A DNA stretch of 63,108 nt, the filler included, from Reticulomyxa filosa (lineage: Eukaryota; Protista; Foraminifera): assembly GCA_000512085.1 (NCBI GenBank). It is 13 parts of 13 records of this genome, joined end to end, with 100 filler letters (N's around TTAATTAATTAA, not from the genome) between each part and the next. Parts side by side here need not be neighbours in the genome. Positions count along the whole stretch, not along the records: positions 13,091 to 16,501 come from ASPP01029552.1; positions 16,602 to 17,779 come from ASPP01014411.1; positions 17,880 to 19,866 come from ASPP01012329.1; positions 19,967 to 23,936 come from ASPP01017104.1; positions 24,037 to 30,709 come from ASPP01023938.1; 8 more parts are not named here. One strand, 5' to 3'. The notes under the pieces were generated by a model, which had not been told where the DNA came from, did no database searches, and was given only the letters and a program-made list of their open reading frames with translations. Position numbers and translations under genes: made by a program. This document shows, one piece after another, positions 13,091 through 26,930 of the stretch. The first letter of the stretch is position 1. The number at the start of each line of letters is the position of its first letter.

Positions 13091-13429
13091 ATATGCTAAT
13101 TTGTTATTTTATCATCAACACTTTCGTTGCTATGTACTAACTCTTGGTATTTGTTCGTTTTCGGATTTTTTAAATGGAACACCATTGATATTAATTCTTT
13201 TGGTGTGCCATTAGAAACGCCGAAAATGTGTACCTTTAAAAAATTTAACGATTGTTCAGAAAGATATGTTGCAAAAAGTCAACATGCGGCACAAAGCTTT
13301 TTTTTAGCTATTGCTTATCTCATATTTAAATAAAATAAAAAACAAAATGTAGTACAAATATTAGTTTTGTCATTTATGTTTTCAAAACAAATTTAATCAA
13401 TCACTTTCACAACAAATTTCATAATCTCT

Positions 13430-14945
13430 TTTATAACTTGTTTTTGTTTAGTTGAATAAAAAACATAAACAAATCTTTAAAAATGTGTCCTGAATATACT
13501 TCTTTCCGGATATATGTTTACTTACAATAAATATATTTTTCTACAGAAGTTGCATCAATTTAATCAAAGGGAAATAATATAATAAATTTGTTCTGAGTTT
13601 TTAAATATTCATTCGTGATTGAAAAACACACTTGCATACATTATCCAAAATATCGAAATAAATTTTCTAAAATTTTTGTTAGGCAGATATATTTCATGAA
13701 TATTGCTTAAATTCATTTTGTTGTTTGCATGTGCAAAAAAATTCTGTTCAAAACAAAAGAAAGATAAAAATGCTAAAATAAAAAGGATTTTAAAAAGTGT
13801 GGTCAATGTACTTATTTTTGAACTTAGCACAAGTTATATATTTGATCAAGTTTTTTGCAGTTATTGCACGATTTCAATTAATGAAATGTGACAATTTAGT
13901 TAGCAAAACATTACAAATTTTTAAAAATTTTTTTGCACATACTAACAATACTTTGATCAGTTATTTTTTGATAGCTATTGCTTTTCTTCTTTTGATAATG
14001 AACATGCTATGACAATTGAGATTTTAAATGAAGCATTTCAGAAAAGTATGTGTATTACAAAAAGTTGAAGACTACTTTTGTTTAGCCTTAATAACAAAAT
14101 CGTACCAGCAGAAAAACGCTGACAATGCAAACGGATATACGTCATAAAGGATTTTTCTATCTTTGCAAAAACTTTATTTAATAGTGTCTTTGTAATTTTG
14201 TTGAAATAAAAGTATTCGGACATCAGCAAATATTTTGTATATTGGACAAAGTAGACAACATACTTCTTTTGCTTGAAAGAACAGCGAATATTCTTTTTTC
14301 TACAGATGATTTTACTTGTACAATCCATTTGTATTCATCATGTATAATTGGACAATCATTATTTCAAAAAGAAGTAGAATTGTTTGGTAATGTTTGTACT
14401 TGTAGAATCACCTGTATTATTAGCAATTTCAAGTAAATATTTGATGATAGAATCAAATTTATCAAATGCGTTATTAATTATATGATCTATAATTTTTGAA
14501 ATGACATAAATTCAAAAAATCATTGCGTGATTTCAAATGATTTCTTACTTTGTGATATCAATAACTATCATTTATGTATAAAATGTGCTATGTTTAAAAA
14601 TAAGTACATGAACAACACTTTTTAAAAAATTTTTCAACAACTTTTTGTGTTTGAACAGAATTGTCTTTTGCAACAAAGATTTGATGCTTATTACGAAATT
14701 TGAACATTCATGCAAATAACAAAAAAGACAAATCATTTCATTACATATTCTTCCAACAAATTTTTTGTGAACATTTCTTATTTTAATAATTCAAATTTCT
14801 TTTTTTCAGATTACAAATGAATATAATATCCATTCATACTTTAATTATTTTAAATAAATAATCATATGTTCAAAAATAAGCACATTCAAGACACATTTTT
14901 AAAGAGTTGAATATGTTTTTTAACTCAACTAATTCTAAAAGAAGT
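13430..14945. repeat. Imperfect inverted duplication (arms ~13430-13850 and ~14560-14945) of degenerate coding-like sequence
   Basis: TTTTAAAAAGTGTGGTCAATGTACTTATTTTTGAACTTAGCACA (~13787-13830) matches the reverse complement of 14581-14630. AGTTGAATAAAAAACATAAACAAATCTTTAAAAATGTGTCCTGAAT (~13450-13496) matches the reverse complement of 14884-14932. Confidence 0.75.
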
Positions 14946-15493
14946 ATGCAAAGATAATGTAATTTTAGAACAGATTGAAAGGATAATCCAATCTGCGTTA
15001 AAGAAAAACATTTACAAGAGTATGATTAGAGCAATTTCAGTTGTAATTACCATAAAACAAATATTAAAAAAATTATGATATCCAGCAAAAACAAATACTT
15101 AATAATTTGAAAATATCTACTAAAATGGTACAAATTTAATATAAAAAAAAAGATCGAAAGATATGATATCATATTTTATGTATCGCAAAAAAATTTACAA
15201 TTGCACTACAAAAACAGTTCGAAATAGCAAGCGACAAAGAATCAAAGAAAAAAGTGATTACAAACACGCTTTGCAGCCACAAATTTACCGGTGATTTCGC
15301 ACTCACGTTGCTATGTTCGACACAAGTGTCGATGGGTTTATCTTTGTGTTGAGTGTCCAAGGTGGTATCACCTTCGTCATGGCTTTCCTCTCAGTCCGAA
15401 CTATCGCAAATGTCCAATATATTGTCAACGTTGACAATAGTGATTGCGTCCATGACGCTTTGGTAGCAGGGCAGCATTCCTGAGCTGTCATGC

Positions 15494-16501
15494 TCATTTT
15501 TCGTGAAATACGTGCCGGTACTTCCCTGGTACGACTTGCCACTCTTTTGCTCGAGCAACGTCGATTGCAACCTGCTTCGTCCATGTTTTCTCCGTGTTTG
15601 CGACGTCACGCTCTGGTTGCATGCAGCTGCTGTTGGGCTTCACCAATCCCAAATCCGATAATTGTACTTTTCGACGCTTGGAAGGCGTTGATCTGGTATT
15701 GCTATCACCGCTCTCTTCAGCTAATACGAATAGCAATAACAATCACAACAATTGACAAAAAGAAGAAGTTGTAAAGCGAGCGGGAGAGAGAGAGAGAGGA
15801 AAAAACAAACAAACAAAAAAAGTGTTAACCTTCTCTTTCCTTGCCCTTTTTTGCATTCGACTTCATCCGACTGCCTCTTTTGTTCATCTTGCCTTGGTGG
15901 ATCGGCGATGTGTCGTCCTCGTGCGAGTAGGTCATTGACTGACACGTTGTGGTCGGCTGCAGCGGGATGCGACGGTTGGAGCAAAGAGAAGGACTGTGTT
16001 GCAGTGCAAGACGGACTGCCGTTGCTGTTTGCAGTATGTAATGGCATCCAACGTGAAAGCCTTCCAATGATCCCATCCTGATGTCCCATGCGATATGCAA
16101 ATTGCGTCTGCTGTATCTCCGACGTAATTGGGATGGGACGGTGCATCATTTCGTGGAAGGTACGCATTGTCATGTCGCTGCTGTTGCTCCCATCATCATC
16201 ACCATTACTACTGTCACCGCCACTTCCAGGAACATTCTTTCGATTCGAAACATTGTCCATGTTTTGGATATTTATATTGTGTTCCTAAGCGAATGTAAAA
16301 ATTTCCCCCCCCCCCCGCCAATTGATTTGTGTCGATTTCTCAAAATCTTTTGCTAACACATTCACACTGCTCACAATCAAATCACGTCGCAATGATTCCA
16401 TCAGATTCTCATCCTTCGATTCTATCACATACCCAAACCACGTTTTCTCCTTTTGTCTCTTGTCCACACGAACGCGGATATGGACCGTTGCCAAATCCAT
16501 T
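15494..16501 (-). CDS. Hypothetical protein, 5'-truncated, multi-exon
   Basis: Coding-like higher-GC segments at 16285-16500, 15850-16260 and 15494-15742 are separated by AT-rich intron-like stretches. Confidence 0.45.
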
Positions 16502-16601
16502 NNNNNNNNNNNNNNNNNNNNNNNNNNNNNNNNNNNNNNNNNNNNTTAATTAATTAANNNNNNNNNNNNNNNNNNNNNNNNNNNNNNNNNNNNNNNNNNN
16601 N

Positions 16602-17779
16602 GGATACACTTCGTTCACGTTCGTGTTCATGTTCATATTCATATTCATTTGTATTTGTATTTGCATTTGCATTTGCACTTGAATTGACATGTTTGTTGTT
16701 GATTTCAAGATCCAAAGAAGGCACATTGTGTCCGGAATACACGCGCCGCGTGAATGCTTCCAACTCCTCTTCGTCAAATTCTTCGTCATAGTCCATGCTG
16801 TTTGTGTCGGATTTGGACACGCTCCCGATGCACTCGAGGGTCAGTCCTACGCTGCTGTCCACTGATCGATTGTACCCATGTCGGCCCGGGTTCATTGGTG
16901 TCGTGCCGAGAGTACCAATGGTGGTGTGTGTGATCGTATCGATTGCCGTCGTTGTGACTGTGACCGTGGCTGTGGGAGGGGTCACAATGCAAGTGTGCAT
17001 GCCATCGATGCCAGGGTCATGCAGTTGCACGTGCAAACAGTTATTGTCTTTTATTGGATTTGTGATTGTCAATTTTGGACTATCCTCTTTCCTTTTTTCT
17101 TCTTCTTCTTCTTCTTCTTCTTCTTTTTCTTGTTCTTGTTCTTGTTCTTGTTCTTGTTCTTCTTTCTGGTCTAGTTCAATACTCGGCTCTTCATTGTCGT
17201 CATCATCATCATCACTGCTATTGATTAATCGATTGTTCACAGACTCTTCTGTTTCATAGTAGACACATTGACATTATATGCAAAAAATGACAACAACAAC
17301 AATAACAACAACAGAGCTTGTTTTGACTGTACCATTTTGACACGAGACGGACGACTTGCACGGAATGGGGGAAGACTTGAAAGGAAGGGGGTTATCGTAT
17401 TGGGCCGTCAAAGGCGAGCCGCAACGCGTGTGAGCGGACGGTACTGGCGACGACGCCATCATATAATGGAAAGAACTCAGCGGACGACGAGCTGTCTCTT
17501 GTTGCAGTGGAGAAGGAAAGAGCGAAGCAAAGGCGGAGGGCGAAGAGGATGAACACGAATGCAAAGATAACGGTGTCATCACGTTTTCATCTCCGTCCTT
17601 GTGTGTCACATTCTTCACTGGTGGTGGTGTCTCCTTCTTGCGTTTCGCTTTGTTCATCATCGTCACCACCTTCTTTTTCTTCTTCTTCTTCTTCTTCTTC
17701 TTCTTTTTTGGGACATTCAACACGTTTTTTGACAGTGACGATATATTGTCGTTTCTGGTCCTTTTGTTTTTTTTTTTTT
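16602..17779 (-). CDS. Low-complexity (D/E/K/S/T-rich) hypothetical protein, internal fragment
   Basis: ORFs 17274-17723 and 16602-17240 contain poly-K, poly-E and EQ repeats and run off the contig ends. Confidence 0.45.
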
Positions 17780-17879
17780 NNNNNNNNNNNNNNNNNNNNN
17801 NNNNNNNNNNNNNNNNNNNNNNNTTAATTAATTAANNNNNNNNNNNNNNNNNNNNNNNNNNNNNNNNNNNNNNNNNNNN

Positions 17880-18065
17880 TTTTTCCTTTTCTTTCTCTTT
17901 TTTTACTTTTCGCACTTCTTCTTTCTCATCTTTCTCATCTTTCTCTTCTTTCTGCTTTTCTGGAAAAGATCTCAGATCAAAACGACGTCGCTTTCGACGA
18001 GTCTCCAAGGACTCTTCGTGCTGTATGTCTAACTTTCTCTTCAATGAACGCCAATTACTTTGCAT
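17880..18065 (-). CDS. N-terminal fragment of a basic/KE-rich protein with an NLS-like RRKRRR
   Basis: ATG at 18065; the frame stays open to the contig end. Confidence 0.35.
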
Positions 18066-18520
18066 TTTTTTTAATATAGAAATTGGCCTAATTGTGTCCC
18101 TTTTATATGTTTTTATGAACTACTGTTTGTCCAAAAAATTCGTTTGTTATTAAATGACTTTTATTGAGATCAATTGGACCAAAAAGGAATTAGTCGAAAG
18201 TTGGTATAAGAATTTTGGAGCACAAAAGCATTGCATGAACAGCAAAGATAAGAAAATTAAAAGATCGAATTAGATTCACTCTATTTTTTGGAAGAATAGG
18301 AATGTAGTTCAACAAAAACAAACATCTCCAATAAAAATGAATTGTTGTCATTACTGTTGAGGATACGCATTCCTGGTTAAGCTCCTCTTTTCAAATTTTG
18401 TTGTCTCTTCTTGTGACAATTTGTTCTCGTCATTACTTTTAGTTCAATTTTTGCTACTAAGGCAGTTGCTCGGTCCCACTGAATTGCAAATAGAAAAGAA
18501 CAGTATGTTGTTGTTTTTTT

Positions 18521-19385
18521 TTAAGTTCTCGAAGCTAAAAACTGTGCAAACATGAGATCCAATTCGTGGTCATGTTCGAGGTCACTGTGAACCACTTGAT
18601 CTGATTGAGTTGTTTGTGTAGTTTGTATTGGAACGGAAGATGAGTGCGAAAGGATGATTTGGTCATTCGCAGTAGTAGCAGAAGGAGGAAATATAGGATC
18701 GGTAATAGCAACTTGGAAATGCAAAGGTTGAACATCGATTTTAGAAACAGACAATTGGAATGCAGGACACACCCAACGTTCACCTACAATGAGCAAAAGA
18801 GAAAAGGTACAAGTTTTGTTATGATTGTTGTGATGACAATAATGAGAAAGACTTGAAACAAAACACAAACATGAGCACTGACAGCCCAAATAATTGAATT
18901 TCCCAATTTTAAATTGACAAAGCGGACACGACAAAGAGCCGTTCATAGTGGTCAAATCGTTTGTCATGTGGGACAATAATTTGTAAACGACAGGATTGTC
19001 GCTATCCAAAAAAAAGGACGAGCAATTGGAATCAATGAAACAGCCATTGGCCGTGTTAAGAGAAGAATGAGCAGTGGACAAAGGTAAAAATCGATCTTTG
19101 GAATGTGCGATCAAGTCTTGTTCCGTTGCGACTTGCTTGCGGCATTTCTTGCAAATGACTTTATACGTTGCCTTCTGTGATTCATTCGTGGTGACGACAT
19201 CGTTCTCTGTCTTTGTGTCGCACTCGCGACTGGTGTCCTGTACTGCTGTTGCTACGGATTGTTGTGAAGTGGATTTGGTTGAAATGACCTGTGTAAGTTT
19301 CACAGCCTTTTGTACAATGGCCAATTCTTTCGACATAAAAATAGGATTGTTATCATTTGAATAATCATTATTATCATTATCATCA

Positions 19386-19420
<35 letters not shown>

Positions 19421-19837
19421 GTTATTGTCATTATTTACTTTGATATCTGTTTCAAACCATGTTGTTGAATCAATCAATTTCAATTCCTTCAATAATGGAC
19501 ATATGATTGTGTCACAACTTGCATTCAACATTGCCAAAAAAGCCATGGACAAAGGTATAACTGACTCTTGTTTCCACGTGTCATTGTCCTTTTCTAATGT
19601 TTGCAACACGTCTTCCTTGTTCATATTTTGGATCAGATGCTGTGTCATGTCAATGCCAAGTAACTTGCACTGTCCAATTTTCGGCAGTCGCGAGGTCTCC
19701 AATAATAATTTGAATGACACCCATTGGCTGTCCCTCACATGCAATCGATTGCCCATTTGCGCTTGCAATTTCTCATGTGACACGTACTTTACTGGCACCA
19801 AGTATAGTCTTTCACATTCAATTACACACATTTTCAT
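18521..19837 (-). CDS. Yvh1/DUSP12-type C-terminal zinc-binding domain protein (5' end uncertain)
   Basis: CKKCR..L..H, CSSFFLD and GSLSCPLCQFKIGKFNYLGCQCSC. After a stop-free intron (~18785-18870) it continues ERWVCPAFQLSVSKID. Confidence 0.75.
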
Positions 19838-19966
19838 ATCAACTTCATTAAAAAAAAAAAAAAAAANNNNNNNNNNNNNNNNNNNNNNNNNNNNNNNNNN
19901 NNNNNNNNNNTTAATTAATTAANNNNNNNNNNNNNNNNNNNNNNNNNNNNNNNNNNNNNNNNNNNN

Positions 19967-20348
19967 AAATGAATTATTAAATACAATATTATCTGGATCA
20001 GATGATAAAAGTGTTCGTTTGTGGGATATTCGATCTGGTAAGCAAATTCAAGTGTTCAATGGACACAATGATTGGGTGTATGCTGTTGAATATTCACCAT
20101 TTGTGATAAATGATTGTAATAATTTAAATGTGATATATTCTGGATCAGAAGATAATACAATTCGTTTTTGGGATATTCGATCAAATAAGAATGAATTGCA
20201 TATGATTAAAGGAGATGATAAAGAAGATAATGGTATATATTGTCTTAAATTTATTAGATTGAAAACGAAAGAGAATATTAATAATGTTACATATGATTTG
20301 AATTTATGTTATGGTTCAAAAAAAGGTTTAATTCGTATTTGGGGATAA
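19967..20348 (+). CDS. WD40-repeat protein, C-terminal fragment
   Basis: SGSDDKSVRLWDIRSG..FNGHNDWV, SGSEDNTIRFWD, ending YGSKKGLIRIWG*. Confidence 0.9.
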
Positions 20349-20620
20349 TTTATTTTTTGTCAAATAAGAAATGAACTTGTTTTTTCTTTGAGAATTTTGA
20401 TAAAAAGAGCCAAAAATAACTGTTTGTGTCCAAACGTGAAATTGATCAATTGCAAGATCGCGTGATACGTTAAAAAAAAATTCTAACAAGATAAAAACGA
20501 TTGAAAATAATGTAGGTTGAAATGGACTAGTCAAAGACATTGTAGAGTGGAAATAATGAAAATAACCACAACAATGGTGATAACACAAACGTATTTATAT
20601 ATACTAACTCGAAAGCTACT

Positions 20621-21241
20621 TTGATCAATGCATGTAATGAGTTTAAATTGCTAGATCTGCACCAGGAGATAACGGAATTAAATGTTAAATTACCTCGCAA
20701 ACATGTTGAAATGGAGACACTACAACATGAAAATAAAAAGTGGCAAAATGCACATGATTTCATTTGTAATGCAGCCAGTAAGTCGCAAAAGGAGATCGGA
20801 CTTGTGAAATTTGAAATAGATGACGCAAAACTGTTTTACAAAAAGGAATTGACAAAACTGCGAAGTATCATCCAATACAATAAAATCGAATTGTCTCAAT
20901 ATGAAAAGCAAGTTGAAGAACTGGAAGAAATGTACTTGTAAAAAACGGGGGCACGTCCACCCAAATGGTGATAGGAACGTACCTCGACTGATTGCTATGT
21001 TTATAGAGGCTTCCAAAACAGGTCCTCGACTATCTGTAATGCGAGATTTATGTACATTTTTTCCTTTTTTTCATCCATCCCATTTATTCATCGATGTGAG
21101 AAGTGATGTTTACCTTCACCAACCACAGATACAACAAACAATGCAGGACTGCCACCTCCCGGCGCAACGAACCACGCATTGCTGACACTCCCGGATGGCA
21201 CAGATGAGATGAAGGTGCAAGCAAAGAACAAGCAAATGTAG
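20621..21241 (+). pseudogene. Coiled-coil gene remnant or fragment
   Basis: Heptad-rich ORF 20621-20941 followed by broken coding-like frames. Confidence 0.3.
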
Positions 21242-24097
21242 AAGCAAAACGAAAGTGGCCACGACTACGATGACTATCAAAATGGAAGAATTGATTAAAG
21301 CAACATTCTGATTTTGTGTTATTTTCAGCATTCGAATGTTATTTTTTTGATTAGTTGATTTTCTTACATTATTTATGTGTTTGTTTGTCTTGTAATAATG
21401 GAATATGTTAAAAAAAAATGTATACTAACAACACGATACTGAATGGTAAACGCATTCTGTTATATGATCCGACAGTTGTTAGGAGTAGAACCTCATAGCA
21501 TGACTTTTTGGACGCCAGTGTCATTCACTTACCAAACTTGGAATAGCTCATTCAATTAGAGACTAGTCAAGCCGAAGACATAAACTGATCTTTTATTTTG
21601 TTGTTGTCAGCGTCGTTGATTGCAAATATCTAAATTCAATCGATTCAACAAATAAACAAAATAAATAAACAGAATTAATTTGTTTGGCTGCCGATAACGA
21701 ATATAGCGAAGCTGTTGTAGAGTTTATGATTTATTATGCTTCAAACAAGCTCGAAATCAACACAAACATTCAAAAGAATACTTTCTTATCAAAGAAGTAT
21801 AAAAAATAATAAACTATAATAAAAAAAATACTTTTACATGGACATACATGATTTGGTAAAACAAAACTAGACTTAATGTTGTTCAAAAATCCACTACTAG
21901 TTAGACATCTTTACACACTAAAAGGCTTCTAACACAAAATAGAATATTATTATTTGATTATATAGATTTCAAAAAATATACAATATCTAACCAAAAACAC
22001 ATAGTAGATATTGATTAGGACACTGACATAAAGATAAACAACTTTTATGTACGCATACTAGCAAAAATTCCAAGAATATTTACAAGTAGCATTGTAATAT
22101 ATCAAAGATATAATTCTCTCAAAAGCATATTAAGGTACATACCAATAAAATGATATATCGCTGAAGAAAGTGAAAATAGTTTTGAAATTTTAGATAAAAT
22201 ATATGAATAACAATAACAAGTACAATGAAATGTCATCAAAGTTTTTCTTTCACTGTTTTTTTGTTCAAAATGCATTATGACATTTTCAAAAACAAATTCA
22301 ACAAAGCAATTACTTTCTTTTTGTTCATTTAGTTTGAATCTCTTAATGGGAAACACGAAGGATGTCTATAACAGTCAATACTTTTCACTATCTTATATTC
22401 CATGCCAATTCATTGCAATATTTGTTTTACAACTGTACTGTAGTCATTTAGCATAGCTTTGCTATCTAATTCACAACCTTAAACATTTTATTAATAATGT
22501 CATAGTCTTATTCCGCACGTTGGATTATTGCACTCTTTATCGAAAACTACATTTATACTTTCTCGTATGTGTCTACTAGTACATGCATGCATTGAAAAAT
22601 TATTTTATTACTTTGTGAAATAGTATTTACATAATTTTATAATTTTTCTCATTATTTTCAATTTTTGTATATTGTAAGAAAATTATTCAGAGATTATGTC
22701 AAATGTGTCAACTAATTATGCTTAAAAGATTGTCATTTTAATTGTCAATTATAACAAGTTGTATACAAATCCTTAAAAACACTTTTCTGTAATATATTTC
22801 ATTTGTGAAAAAATAAAATTTAGGATTCATATTATTAAATCAATTTTCTATATATTTATACAAATAGTTTTTTCTTTTTAGTGATATTTAAAAAAATATT
22901 TAATATTTGCTATATATAATTTGTAGAATCCTTGAAATTACTTTTATACATAATTCAAATGTGAAATTAATGATTAATAAAGTTGTTTATACAATTTGAA
23001 TTTACTTATTTATTTACGTAAGTTTTCGTTAGTTTTGGATCATATTTTTTTAAATTAAAATTTTCAAACAAAAACAATTTCGTTTCTTATTCTAAAAAAA
23101 TATTATCACAAAATACGAATATAACCGTTATAATAAACTTGATACAAATTGCTCCAATATATTCTTCATTATAATAAAAATATCACTTTTATTTAATCAA
23201 ATATCACAAAAATGAATTAAATTTTTATGTTCTGAATAATAAATGATATTTTTAATACTATTTTAGTATTTATATTATGAAAATTTCACATAAAGAATAG
23301 GACGTAAATATACGTTTCATTATTGAATTTGTTTATTATTAATATAACATAACAATAAATATAATAAAATTGCTGATACTAGTTTTGTTAAATTTTGTTT
23401 AATTTATGTCATTTTTCTTCAATGATGTAAAATAAAAAATTCTAAGTCTTTTTTCTAGTTCAATTAAGGAACTTCAAAAATATAATTCTGCAATATATGG
23501 ATTTTTCTTAATGAAAAAAAAATAATTATAACTTTTTATGATTAAATTATCTTTTTTTTTTCTATTCAATATATAGTTAAAATAAAAACGAAAATATTTT
23601 AATATAAAAATTGTTAAGTCATACAAAGTATTTGTGCAAAAATTTATCATTATCCAATTTTTTAAAATGTGAAAAAAGATTTGCAAAAAGTGCATTGTAA
23701 ATCATCCCACCAACTTATACAATCCATATCACTGAAGACAATACTTGCTTTGTTAAATATATTCTTAGTAAACGAACTATAACACAAACTATGACACATT
23801 TGGACAAAAGGATTGTTTGGACAACATAGACATATGCTATATTCACGATAAATACATACTTAATGGTCAAACCATATGTATTACAAAAAAAAATTATGTC
23901 AGTACAAAAACATACCAAGTGCAAAAACATATCATTNNNNNNNNNNNNNNNNNNNNNNNNNNNNNNNNNNNNNNNNNNNNTTAATTAATTAANNNNNNNN
24001 NNNNNNNNNNNNNNNNNNNNNNNNNNNNNNNNNNNNTAATCCGAAATATTGTCCGCAGAGAATGTTCCGTCGAGGCAAAAAAAAAACTATATGATCG

Positions 24098-25459
24098 ATG
24101 TCAACGAAAGAGAGCGAAAAATCAAAAGAAGTAGCGCACTTCGTCCATCGTCTGTACGGCAATTGTCGGTTGCAATTGAGTAGTTATGGAAGGTATCTGC
24201 TCGTGGGAAATAGTATTCTTTTGTTAGATAGTGAAATTTCCTCGCTAAAAGGAATATCATGGAGTAATCAACCTTTATCATTAGCCGACGTAAGTACCAT
24301 ATCTCCAACAGGTCAATACATGATGCAAGGAAGAATAAAAAATAGTGGAGAACATACCATATTAGAGCTGTTGTTCCTGGAAACCGCATTTAATGGCAAT
24401 TCTATGAAAACAAAAGAGTTATATTCCTATGATGTACCTTATGACTCGGATCTTCTCCAGTATACGTTTGTAGAGGAGCATGAGATGGTTCTACTGTTTC
24501 GAGTACCTGCAGAAATGCAAGTATTTAAATGGAATGCCCAGACCAATAGCAAAACACTCACGAAAATATGTGCAAAGTCAACGTTACTAACGCCTTTCGA
24601 AAATGTTGTCACTACATTAATTCCTTCCAATTTTAACCAATCCCCTAATATTTATTTCTTTGTGCAAATTAGCGCAATGCATACAGAATCAAAGGATCCT
24701 ACTTTTGAAGGTTCGTTATTTTTGAGGTGTTTTATATTCGGACGTATATATACGTACAACATGCATATTTACGCATAATATACTTTTTTCTAAAAAAAAG
24801 TGTTAAAGTTGGCAACGAACAAAGCAGAACTTGAAACGGTTTATTCAACGGTGTTGAAGAAATGTGGACGGAATAAAATGACAGCGTCTTATGTTGCGTT
24901 TTCGTGTGATGCAAAATTTCTGGCCATTAAGGCATTGACTCAAACAGAATATTTTGTTGTGGATTTGGAAGCAAAGAAAACAGTAATTTCATCAGCAATT
25001 ACGAATGACCTTTCTTTGAGCCTTGAGGACAGTGACTTCCATAATTTTCACTTTAGTGAAATGACGTGGAAACTTTTACCATCTTCGAATGAGGAAAATA
25101 ATTCGTCTGTTACATTGAGACAACACTCATTGGTCGTTCTGAGAAAGGATTTAAAGAACTACGATAGTATCGATGTTGTTGTCAATGATTGCAATTGGGA
25201 ATTATCGCGCAAACAAGACATTTTCAGGGATCCGAATAATGTATTTGATCTATTCATTCCACAAGTATTAATTGAAATTATTTGTCAATACGCTGGTATG
25301 AGTGGCTTTCAGTTAATTACCAAAAAAATGGGCTTCAATGTCAATAATGCTGGATTTCATCTTGCTTATGGAACCTACATTGATAAAAAAACTAATCTTT
25401 TTGTCTCTAACATCATTGTAATTGGATACGAAGAAGGAATCTTAGTATGTTCTACTTAA
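24098..25459 (+). CDS. Hypothetical beta-rich protein (~430 aa, 2 exons)
   Basis: Two long ORFs separated by an AT-rich intron-like gap (~24710-24800). The C-terminal region contains FIPQVLIEIICQYAG. Confidence 0.55.
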
Positions 25460-26029
25460 AATTCTTTGTCGTATTTTCATTTTCGCTTTTAGTTTATTCT
25501 TCAAATACTTAATTTTTATTCTCTCTTCACTACATTAAAAAAGAGAAACAGTACAATTTGGGAAGAGCTTAATGTCCATCCCAAAAATGACAATACAACG
25601 CCACTAAAAAGTCGTGGCCATATTTGTAAGCAAAAAAGTATGAATTGATTCAAATTTTAAAGGTTGACATTGTATTGTGTAATACAAAGAAATTGTAAGC
25701 TAATGCAAAGTTGTTGATTATTTTTGAAAGTATGTTACTAACATGTTAAAAAATCTTTTGTTGTTTTTCATCAATTTTTTATTGGAGAGCTGAGGGAGAA
25801 AAATCTTTATTTGACACGTGATGTATAGTAACAAAAAAAGGATAGCATTGCTTCTCAAAAGATTTCATATCCTCTCAGACTTGAAACGTGCAAGTGGAGG
25901 CCAATAATAATAAAAATGTTTTTTCCTTTAATTATAAGCTCATTTTTGATTGCAGTGAGATAAGAGAAAACAAGTCAAACAGAAAAAACGAAAGAAAAAA
26001 CATCAAAAACAACTTTTTAAAAAAATGAT

Positions 26030-26930
26030 TTATTCATTTGTTGATTGTGGAGGTAAACCTTGAGCGTGTTGTTGATTGGGCGCGTTCACATTGCCAGCAT
26101 TATTGGCATCATTTTTAAGACGATATTGGGGTTGTGGTCTGTGTGGTTGAGGAACACCGGATCTGTTTTCAAATTCGGCGGAAGCGTCATTGCGACGGCC
26201 ACGACCACGGCTACCAAATCCACCACGATTGTCACCAAAGCCACGGCCTCCTCCTCGTCCAAACCCATCTCCTCTTTCTCTATCACCACCTCTTCCACGT
26301 CCTCCACGATCAGAATCACGACGAGAGTCGCGTTCAGGTCGGCCGCTTTTTAATGCAATCACAATAAAAAAAAAGTTACCTCTCGCGGAATTTCGAATTT
26401 TTTTTGCGTATAAAAAAAAAGAGAAAATAATCTAAAACACAATACCTGGCAGGAAGAAAAGAATATTCAGGTTGGATTAATTTTTGTTGTTTTTTTGGTT
26501 TCTTTCTTTTTTTTTTTCTTTGTTGAGCGCCTTGCAATAATTCATCCGTTGCTCGTTCGTAATCATTTTTCCTTTATAACGATCTGCGGTCAAGGAATGG
26601 TTGGTCACCGTTCTTGTATCATATGCTTTCTTTCCCGATTTTTGCTTTTGTTTCATGTATTCTTCATACGATACATCCAGGTCTTTTTTTTCCGTTGTTG
26701 CTAAGTCACCATAGTTTTGTGGATCTAATTCATCTTTTTTTGGTGCCTTGGCTTCTTCTTTTGGAACTGCTGCGTCCTCTTCCACGTGTTTATCCACTGC
26801 ATCGCGAATTTGTTCACTGGCATCTCCCCAGTTGTGTCCTCCGCCACCACCGCGCTTTGTGTTGTCATTGATTGCTTGGCCTGTTCCGCTGTGGCGATCG
26901 TGTTCTCGTTTTGTTTTACCTACACGTTTT
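26030..26930 (-). CDS. HABP4/SERBP1/Stm1-family RNA/ribosome-binding protein with an RGG box (start not resolved)
   Basis: KREHDRHSGTG..KRGGGGGHNWG, then SYEEY; the second exon has RGG repeats. Confidence 0.85.

Noticed and set aside
16602-18065. Joining the 17880-18065 fragment with the 16602-17779 contig as one gene
   Set aside because: They are separated by an artificial linker, and the only similarity is K/E low complexity.
21900-23936. Short ORFs in very AT-rich DNA (similar ones at 53200-53625 and 55289-55850)
   Set aside because: The frames are broken and have no recognisable motifs. They may be pseudogene debris but cannot be assigned.
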